From: a virus
Taxonomy: Duplodnaviria > Caudoviricetes
Virus record (IMG/VR): IMGVR_UViG_3300035003_000005
Span: 1 to 32,319 of that record
DNA length: 32,319 nucleotides
Direction: 5' to 3' (one strand)
The notes under the pieces are model-generated. The model made no database searches. It was not told the DNA's origin and saw only the letters and a program-made list of their open reading frames with translations. Both the position numbers and the translations under genes were made by a program. This document shows, in pieces, positions 25,871 through 32,319 of this stretch (its first letter is position 1; each line of letters starts with the position of its first letter).

Positions 25871-26905
25871 ATGACCTGGCAGAACACCGGCTCCCTCCGC
25901 GGCCCCCAGGGCGTGCCGGGGCCTCCCGGCCAGGCCGGCGGCCCCGGGCCAGCAGGCCCGCCAGGCCCCGCCGGGATGGGCATCGACTTCAAGGGCAGCG
26001 TTCCAACCTTTGCCGCCCTGCCCACGAACGGCCTGCAGGAAGGCCATGCCTATGTCGTCGCCGATCAAAACGACCGGCTCTACGTCTGGGACGCGGACAC
26101 CAGCAGCTGGGTGGATGGGGGCTCGATCCAAGGGCCGCCGGGACCTGCTGGAGCACCGGGCAGCGCCGGCCCCCGCGGCAGCGGCTGGTTCGTTGGCAGC
26201 GGCCCGCCTGGCTCCATCCCCACCGCCCTGGTGGGCGATCTCTATCTCGATCTGGTCAGCGGTGAGGTGCACCAGCTGCAGCCGCCCCCGACCGGCTTCC
26301 CGGTCGCCAACCTGCCGGCGATCGGCGCCGCCTTCCAGGGCGGCTACTACGGCGGGCTGATCTCGCAGGCCGCCAACGGCATCGCCAGCCATGCGCTGAT
26401 CATTGCCCCCAAGGCCACAGGCGAAAGCTCCAGGGCCTGCAAGAGCGCCAACACCGCCACCGCCGGGACGGGCAGCAGCTTCGATGGCTTCGCCAACAGC
26501 GAGGCGGCCAAGGACGCCGCCCACCCGGCCAACCAATGGGCCCGGGCGCTCTCCATCGGCGGCTACGACGACTGGTACATCCCGGCCCTCTACGAGCTGG
26601 AGATCCTCTACCGGCGCTTCAAGCCGGACAACAGCGAGGGCAGCACGCCAGGCTTCGGGGCGAACGCCTACGCCATTCCCGCCACCACCGCCAACTACTC
26701 CGGCGTGATTCCAGCCCAGACCGCCGTGGCGCTGTTTACGACCGGCGGCGCCCAGGCGTTCTTTTCCGGCGGGATTGGCACCTCCACCCAGGACTCGGCC
26801 ACCACCCACCAGGTGCAGGACTGGTACTACGGCAACTGGGATCCGCTGAGCAAGACCACGGCTCAGACGGTGCGGGCGATTCGAAAGATCGCCGTGGTGC
26901 CCTGA
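25871..26905 (+). CDS. Collagen-like fibre with C-terminal DUF1566/C-type-lectin-like domain
   Basis: Gly-X-Y repeats; IGAAFQGGY, GGYDDWYIPALYEL, terminal VRAIR. Confidence 0.8.
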   Translation: MTWQNTGSLRGPQGVPGPPGQAGGPGPAGPPGPAGMGIDFKGSVPTFAALPTNGLQEGHAYVVADQNDRLYVWDADTSSWVDGGSIQGPPGPAGAPGSAGPRGSGWFVGSGPPGSIPTALVGDLYLDLVSGEVHQLQPPPTGFPVANLPAIGAAFQGGYYGGLISQAANGIASHALIIAPKATGESSRACKSANTATAGTGSSFDGFANSEAAKDAAHPANQWARALSIGGYDDWYIPALYELEILYRRFKPDNSEGSTPGFGANAYAIPATTANYSGVIPAQTAVALFTTGGAQAFFSGGIGTSTQDSATTHQVQDWYYGNWDPLSKTTAQTVRAIRKIAVVP

Positions 26906-26908
26906 GCC

Positions 26909-27319
26909 ATGCCCTGGGTCGCCAGACAGGAGGGACCGCGCCGGCTCAGCCAGAGCCTGCTGCTCCCGATCGCCGCCGGCCCCCAGGTGGCACCACTGAG
27001 CTTCGATCGGCTGGGCAGTGCCGGGCTGCTGCTGCTCGTCAGCTGCGACATCCCGGCCTGGCTCAGCCTCTACGTCTCGGACGCCGCCGCCCTCGCCGAC
27101 GCCAATCGGCCCCAGAGCGCCGATCCGGATCCGGCGGCTGGCGTGGTGCTCGATGCCGTCTTTACAGAAGACAGCGCGGTGCTGCGCCTGCCGCCGGGGG
27201 TGAGCTGGGCCAACCAGGACGATCCCCCCGCCGCCCTGCTGCATGGCCGGCTGCGCACCGACCAGGGCCAACCCATCGAGGCGATGCTGTCGATCAGCAG
27301 CCTGCTGCTGGCGCTTTGA
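26909..27319 (+). CDS. Cyanophage-like fibre-associated domain protein
   Basis: AWLSLY...ADANRP..DPDPAAGVVLD pattern recalled from cyanophage virion proteins. Confidence 0.6.
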   Translation: MPWVARQEGPRRLSQSLLLPIAAGPQVAPLSFDRLGSAGLLLLVSCDIPAWLSLYVSDAAALADANRPQSADPDPAAGVVLDAVFTEDSAVLRLPPGVSWANQDDPPAALLHGRLRTDQGQPIEAMLSISSLLLAL

Positions 27320-28182
27320 TGGCGGCGATCCTCACCGATCTCTCCCGCCGCGGCGATCAGGGCTTCCCGCTGCCGGATCTCTTCACCGACGTGGAGGCCC
27401 TTTTGGCCAGCTGGCTGGTGGCGGCCAACGCCCAGAACCCCACCCAGCTGCTCGAGGTGCTCACCGGCCCGGCCGCCGATGCCGAGCATCTGGGCTGGAC
27501 GATCCGCGCCACCCTCGCCGCCACCAGCGGCGGTGCCCCTGTCCAGCTGATGAGCCAGTGGGTCGCAACCCTGGCCGGCACCACCGCCACCACAGCGGTG
27601 GGCCTGGCCGCCGGCCACAACCCCAACGGCGGCCTCGGCGCCCACGGCCTGCTCAGCGGCGGCCAGTTCCACGCCCCGGCATCAAGCCTCAATCCCGCGG
27701 AGCCTTACCCGGCCCTGGCCTGGGTCGTGCGCAGCCTGGCTCCGGGTCAGGAATACTTCGGCTTCTGCCTCTCGCTGCACACCTTCTCCACCCGCCAGGC
27801 GGTGGTGCTGCTGATCGCCAAGGACGTCACCTCAGGCCTCTGGCACCTGCACAACACCACCATGGGCGGCCTCCAGTGCATGGTCGCCTGGAACCTCGCC
27901 GCCGCCAGGGAGATCTTCGCGACGGCCCTGTGGAGCGAGTTCTTTAACGGGCCCCCGTTCGCCTTGCGCCACCCTTCGGCCTGGATGCTGGCAACCCCTT
28001 CGATCGTCCATGTCACCCCCCTGCCGCCGCTGCGCCGCTGGGATCCGGTGGTGTTGCCGGCGGACTTCGGCACCTACAACCGCACCTTCGCCACCGGCGG
28101 CTACCTCAAAGCCGCCAACGGCAGCGAGTGGCTGGTCTTTGGCCCCAGCCGCCTGGCGGTTCGTCTCATCGACGCCCCATGA
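27319..28182 (+). CDS. Putative virion protein (287 aa)
   Basis: TGATG coupling at 27317-27321; similar to the next gene. Confidence 0.7.
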   Translation: MAAILTDLSRRGDQGFPLPDLFTDVEALLASWLVAANAQNPTQLLEVLTGPAADAEHLGWTIRATLAATSGGAPVQLMSQWVATLAGTTATTAVGLAAGHNPNGGLGAHGLLSGGQFHAPASSLNPAEPYPALAWVVRSLAPGQEYFGFCLSLHTFSTRQAVVLLIAKDVTSGLWHLHNTTMGGLQCMVAWNLAAAREIFATALWSEFFNGPPFALRHPSAWMLATPSIVHVTPLPPLRRWDPVVLPADFGTYNRTFATGGYLKAANGSEWLVFGPSRLAVRLIDAP

Positions 28183-29405
28183 CCCTCACGGCCTGTGCCC
28201 GCACCTGGGGCCCGGACACCTACAACTGGGCCAGCAGCGCCGCCACCGATGTCGGCATGCGGCTGCATGAGGCCTTCTCCGCCTTCGCCGCCGCGGCAAA
28301 CGCCAACCCGGCCAATACCGATCTGCAGCTCAGCGTGCTGCGCAATCACGCCAGCGCCACCGGCAGCACCAGCTACGGCTTCGTGTGGCGCCTCGGGCAC
28401 CCCACCTCCCCCCTGGTGCTGAGCTTCCACAACGTCTCCCTGGCCCAGGGCTTCAGCTCCAGCACCGCCAGCGCCCTGCTGCGCCTGGGCCTGGCCAGCA
28501 ACTGGATCGATGACACCAGCAACGGCGGCTACGGCAACTTTTCTTCCACCCTGCTGAGCGCCAACCGGGGCCTCTCCCACTACGGGCCCAGCGGGACGCC
28601 TGCGGTGGCGGGGCTGGAGGGGACCCTGATCGTCGTCTTCGATGCCACCCCAGGGGCGGAGTTCTTCCTGGCCACCCTGCTGCGCCCCGGCGATGACAAC
28701 TACAGCCTCAACCTCTCGATCCTGCTGTTCCGCAGCCCGGCGGTCAGCGGCTGGAACCTCTGGTTCCACCGCGCCCGCGCCTACATCGGCATGTTCAGCT
28801 CCAACGATCGCTGGAGTTGGCGCGGCCAGTCCCCGGAGGTCGTCAGCTTCGTTTCAGGCGCCTCCGGCACCCAGCAGATCAACGCCCCCATCGCCTGGCA
28901 GGTCATCCCGCTGGCCACCGGTGCGGTGCAGTTCAACAGCGTCCAACCCCGTCTTCTCCTGCCACCCCTGCTCTGGAATGGCGACAACCAGCACACCGAC
29001 CCCCGCCGCCTGGCTCGTTTCAGTGACCCCGCCGGTGGCGGCACCTACTACCAGCTCGGCGCCGCTGGTGGCGCCGTCGATGACCTCTGGCTCCGGCTCC
29101 CCTCCAGCCCTCCGCCGTCTGTGTTGAGTGGCTGGGCGGCCATCGGTTCACTCAGCTGGCGCAGCCTCAGCGATCGCTTCTCCGTCATGGCCCTGCCGCC
29201 GCTCTCCCCCTCCCTGATCGGACCGGCGAGCGTGCCGGATCTGATCACGGACTGGAGCCCCAACGCCGCCGGCCTGGCCGGCGTGCAGCAGCACCCGCTC
29301 TATGCCCAGCAGCTGGCTGCCGCTGGTGGCATGGGCGGGGGAACGGGCGGCGGCGGCGGATCGGGCCGGCCCGCCACCGGCGTGCTCTGGCCAAGGCGGC
29401 AGTAA
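28179..29405 (+). CDS. Putative virion protein (408 aa)
   Basis: ATGA coupling; Gly linker and terminal RPATGVLWPR. Confidence 0.7.
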   Translation: MTLTACARTWGPDTYNWASSAATDVGMRLHEAFSAFAAAANANPANTDLQLSVLRNHASATGSTSYGFVWRLGHPTSPLVLSFHNVSLAQGFSSSTASALLRLGLASNWIDDTSNGGYGNFSSTLLSANRGLSHYGPSGTPAVAGLEGTLIVVFDATPGAEFFLATLLRPGDDNYSLNLSILLFRSPAVSGWNLWFHRARAYIGMFSSNDRWSWRGQSPEVVSFVSGASGTQQINAPIAWQVIPLATGAVQFNSVQPRLLLPPLLWNGDNQHTDPRRLARFSDPAGGGTYYQLGAAGGAVDDLWLRLPSSPPPSVLSGWAAIGSLSWRSLSDRFSVMALPPLSPSLIGPASVPDLITDWSPNAAGLAGVQQHPLYAQQLAAAGGMGGGTGGGGGSGRPATGVLWPRRQ

Positions 29406-29523
29406 CGGCGCGCCGCCTACGACGCGTGCCAGCGCAGGGCTGCGGACATCGCAACAGCAAACACGCGCTTCGTGGTGTCGACGGGACGGGGGCCCAACGG
29501 GCGCCTGCGGTGCTCCGCCCATC

Positions 29524-29934
29524 TCAGCGCCGCCGCGACGGCGACCTGGCCAGGTGATGCACCGCATGGGCCACCACCCCAAACAGTCCCGAGCGATCGA
29601 ACGACTCCAGATCCAGCACGATCACCGCTTCCCCGGCGCGTTGCGGCTCCAGCAGCCACTGCTCCCCCTCACACCGCAGCGGCCGCAGCAGAAACACCCC
29701 CCGGTGGGCCACGATCACCACATCGCCGCTGCGGGGCTCGACACTGCGGTCGATCACGAGCAGGTCGCCGTCGTGGATGCCGTGGCTGCGCAGCCCATGG
29801 CCGCTGACCCGCATGTAGAAGCTGCAGGTTGGATGGGGCACCAGGGCGCCGTGGAGATCCAAACCCTCCTCATCGGCGCTGACGCTGCAAGGAATCGGTT
29901 GGCCCAGGGGCAGCTCGGCCAGCATCGTCCCCAT
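29524..29934 (-). CDS. UmuD/LexA-like S24 family protein, apparently catalytically dead
   Basis: LDL..LVPHP..SFYMRVSG..GIHDGDLLVIDRS..GDVVIV..FGVV; GHGL replaces GxSM and LLRPL replaces TxKRL. Confidence 0.8.
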   Translation of the reverse strand: MGTMLAELPLGQPIPCSVSADEEGLDLHGALVPHPTCSFYMRVSGHGLRSHGIHDGDLLVIDRSVEPRSGDVVIVAHRGVFLLRPLRCEGEQWLLEPQRAGEAVIVLDLESFDRSGLFGVVAHAVHHLARSPSRRR

Positions 29935-29941
29935 CCGCAGC

Positions 29942-29955
29942 AGTACAGATGTCCT
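29942..29955 (-). promoter_or_regulatory. Cyanobacterial-type LexA box
   Basis: AGTAC-AGAT-GTCCT (one mismatch from AGTAC-N4-GTACT), just upstream of the umuD-like ATG. Confidence 0.6.
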
Positions 29956-30002
29956 ACTACGGATGGAGCCTCTCCGGCCTGCTCTCCGCAGCAGCGTGGC
30001 CC

Positions 30003-30350
30003 TCAGCCGCCGGGGCCGCCGCCCCGCACCGGCAGGCGCACCAGACGCCCTCGCACCTGGCCCCATTCGCTGCGCCGCCGCGGCAGCGGCGCACCCCGCA
30101 GCAGCGCCTCGATCCGCTCCACCAGGCAGCGCGGCACCAAACCCCCGCTGACCTGCTCCCGGGGGGTGAGGAAGCTGCCGCTGTGCAGCGGGCTCCAGTG
30201 GGCCTGCTGCCAATGCAGCAGCCGGCCGGCCTTGCCCCGCTTCTCGAACAGCACCAGCGCACGGGCTCCAGGGCGGAAGCTGGGCAGCAGGGTGACGCGC
30301 CAGCGGATCCCGCTGCGCTGAACATCAAGAAGGATCTGAACACCGGCCAT
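30003..30350 (-). CDS. Hypothetical protein, paralog of 718-1149
   Basis: GIRWRV...LVLFEKRGK...VPRCLVERIEALL. Confidence 0.7.
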   Translation of the reverse strand: MAGVQILLDVQRSGIRWRVTLLPSFRPGARALVLFEKRGKAGRLLHWQQAHWSPLHSGSFLTPREQVSGGLVPRCLVERIEALLRGAPLPRRRSEWGQVRGRLVRLPVRGGGPGG

Positions 30351-30380
30351 GGCCGCAGCGGTGAAGGACCCGACCTCCCG

Positions 30381-30481
30381 GCGGGCCCGCGCAAGGGCTG
30401 GCCGGCGCCCTTGGCACCAGCTGCTGTGGGCAGAAAGCAGCCGGCGGAGGCCAGCTCGCGAAGCCCTTGCGCGAGGCCCGC
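30381..30481 (-). promoter_or_regulatory. Hairpin leader, copy F (expanded interior)
   Basis: 12-bp IR cgcgcaagggct 30388-30399 / agcccttgcgcg 30462-30473; outer gcgggcc/ggcccgc. Confidence 0.75.
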
Positions 30482-30592
30482 AGGATGGGGAGGGCCGCCA
30501 CCGCCTCTTCTGGCTCGCGAACCGATCCCGTCGCTAAAGCGACTGTCTTACCCTACTGACCCCGACTAGCCTTTCGCAGCGATAGCAGCCTC

Positions 30593-30838
30593 ATGGCTAT
30601 GGATCTGCTCTGCACTGGCACTGACAAGCAGACCGTCGACACCCTCCTCCTGCCGGAGCGCAGCCTCGTGAGGCGGTGGTCGCTCCTGGCCATCCAGCAG
30701 GCCAACCCGTCGACCTTCATGCGCCACCAGTACGCCCGCCACGCCGCGGCTCGCATGCTGGCTGCCTGCAGCGACTGGTTGGAGAGCAACGGCCACCGCC
30801 ACCTCGCCGCCGCCATGCGCGAGCAGCTCAAGGCCTGA
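30593..30838 (+). CDS. Hypothetical protein (81 aa)
   Basis: GC3-rich ORF with helical pattern (ACSDWLESNGH..LAAAMREQL). Confidence 0.55.
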   Translation: MAMDLLCTGTDKQTVDTLLLPERSLVRRWSLLAIQQANPSTFMRHQYARHAAARMLAACSDWLESNGHRHLAAAMREQLKA

Positions 30839-31832
30839 GCGACTCAGCCGGTGGCCTCAGGCCAGGATCCGCAGCTCCGCCTCCCGATGCCGCTGCAGGG
30901 ATTGGATCTCCGGCCGGCTCCTCGGGACAGGGCGCCTCCGGGCACAACAGATCCACCGCTTGGCGCGCCTCGCTGATCACCTGCAGCAGCACCTTCGGGG
31001 ACTCGCGCAACACAGAGATCCAGCTCTGCAGATAGGCGGCGTGATGGGCCAGCTCGCAACCGATCTGCAGCCGCTGGCCGATCAGCACACTGCCCAGCTC
31101 GGCCACCAGCTCCTCGCGGGCATAGCCGCGGGAGCCAAACGCACCAGATAGATCCCGCTTCAGGCGGGATTCGTGGCACGTGGAGTGAATGCACTCGTGG
31201 GCCCAGGTGGCATAGAGCGCAGCCGGCGAGTGGAAGGCCTCGCGCTCGGGCAGCTGGATGCGATCGGCGCCGAGGGCATAGAAGGCCCGCTCACCGCCCC
31301 AGCCAACCGGCACCTCCCAGGCCTGCAGCACCTCCTCGGCCTGCTCGATCCGCTCCAGCGGTGCCCTGGGCTGCACCTGCGGCAGCCGGGCTTCGATCAG
31401 AGCGGCGAGCGCCTCGCCTTCCAGATCGCAGGCATTGAACACCGGCACCGGCCGGTAGCGTGCCCAGCTGCGCAGCACCGGCTCACCCTCGCTGCCCTCC
31501 TTTTCGCTGGACTGCAGCTGGGGCCGCAGGATGCGAACCGACTTCGATCCCTTGCGCGGGAAGAGGCCCAGCTTCTTCGCCTCGGCGAAGCCGCACCAGA
31601 ACGGCAGCTCAGCGCCCCGCATGGCCATCCCCAGCTCCAGGAGGATGGGATTGCCGCCCCGGTAGGCCCGGCCGCTGAGCAAATTGCTGTGGACGCCGCC
31701 ACCGCGGCTATCCCATGGCCGGCGCCAGGGTGTGCTGCCGGCCTCGAGCAGCTCGATCAGATCGCGCACCATCGCCTCCTCGGGCGAGGGACCGGAGAAC
31801 CTGTGGCGGCGCGTGGTGGTGGATGCGGCCAT
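30828..31832 (-). CDS. ardC: ArdC-family antirestriction / ssDNA-binding protein
   Basis: PWRRPW, SGRAYRGGN, VFN, AFY..DRIQLP, HECIH zincin motif, YAREELVAELGS, AYLQSW; ATG 31832. Confidence 0.9.
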   Translation of the reverse strand: MAASTTTRRHRFSGPSPEEAMVRDLIELLEAGSTPWRRPWDSRGGGVHSNLLSGRAYRGGNPILLELGMAMRGAELPFWCGFAEAKKLGLFPRKGSKSVRILRPQLQSSEKEGSEGEPVLRSWARYRPVPVFNACDLEGEALAALIEARLPQVQPRAPLERIEQAEEVLQAWEVPVGWGGERAFYALGADRIQLPEREAFHSPAALYATWAHECIHSTCHESRLKRDLSGAFGSRGYAREELVAELGSVLIGQRLQIGCELAHHAAYLQSWISVLRESPKVLLQVISEARQAVDLLCPEAPCPEEPAGDPIPAAASGGGAADPGLRPPAESLRP

Positions 31833-31862
31833 CGGGAAGGGCGCAAAGGACGCCGACGTGCC

Positions 31863-31936
31863 TGCGCGGGTGAGCGCAAGGGCGGGAGGCCCGCCAGGGC
31901 CGAACCGCTCGCGCAGCCCTTGCGCCATCCCGCGCA
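31863..31936 (-). promoter_or_regulatory. Hairpin leader, copy G
   Basis: gcgcaagggc 31874-31883 / gcccttgcgc 31916-31925; outer tgcgcggg/cccgcgca. Confidence 0.75.
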
Positions 31937-31986
31937 CACTGAGGCACCCTGCGCGCCTGCCTTTCAACAAAAGGGAGCCCTACAGC

Positions 31987-32319
31987 TCATGCTGTGACAC
32001 GCCTTTGCGCTTCCAGCCAGAGCAGCGCAGAGCGGATCACCTCGGCGTGGCAGGCCAACGGCGCGCACCAGCACAGCAGCTCCAGCGGGCCCACTTGGGC
32101 CTGGGCCAGCAACTGCTCCAGCTCGCGCAGTTGCAGCGAGCCGGGCACCTGCAGCTGGGCCCAGAGCCAATGCCGGTAGCGGGCAATCACCTCAGCGCGG
32201 CTTCCATCGCGGCCGAGCTGGAAGGGATTGCCCAGCGGGCTGGGCCGGCCCACATAGACCTGACCGGGCAGGGGATCAGAGAGCCTGCTTCGCCGGGCTT
32301 TGCCGATCGTGATCTCCAT
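31987..32319 (-). CDS. DUF4326 family protein
   Basis: VYVGRPSPLGNPF, REVIARY-like segment, LLCWCAPLACHAEVI. Confidence 0.85.
   Translation of the reverse strand: MEITIGKARRSRLSDPLPGQVYVGRPSPLGNPFQLGRDGSRAEVIARYRHWLWAQLQVPGSLQLRELEQLLAQAQVGPLELLCWCAPLACHAEVIRSALLWLEAQRRVTA

Noticed and set aside
26700-26905. Possible DGR target (C-type-lectin-like C-terminus)
   Set aside because: No template repeat or reverse transcriptase seen in the window
24502-27271. Long minus-strand ORFs (507 and 492 aa) and the 26536-27318 extension of the 548-aa ORF
   Set aside because: Shadow or alternate frames of the fibre operon; the real start is the coupled ATG at 27319
30349-30537. 62-aa plus-strand ORF
   Set aside because: Runs through hairpin F; Arg/Ala-rich non-coding composition
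406-31936. Hairpin family as terminators, CRISPR repeats or attC sites
   Set aside because: No U-tract, always 5' of start codons, not arrayed with spacers, no GTT/AAC cores

Overview
High-GC accessory region, probably from a picocyanobacterium (Cyanobium/Synechococcus-like; inferred from a Mo-nitro_C/TerB gene and a cyanobacterial-type LexA box). It looks like the interior of a mobile element with four interleaved layers. (1) A four-gene restriction-like anti-phage operon (DUF499 ATPase, DUF3780, DUF1156 methyltransferase, PLD-SNF2 helicase; 1626-11189) followed by a fifth low-GC gene. (2) Two low-GC integron gene cassettes encoding nuclease-like proteins, with degenerate attC sites and no integrase (13275-15480). 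(3) A phage-structural module (epsilon15-like major capsid, cement, fibre genes; 21751-29405) and peptidoglycan enzymes/holin candidates, with no portal, terminase, scaffold or tail tube in the window. Several of these genes share an upstream CTGGCAA(N)(A/G)G motif, and two wall enzymes are joined by an A-AAA-AAG -1 frameshift site. (4) Seven minus-strand genes, including ardC, each led by a conserved CAAGGG...CCCTTG branched hairpin at nearly fixed spacing, resembling single-strand (leading-region) promoters. All family assignments come from motif recognition by eye; no database search was run.
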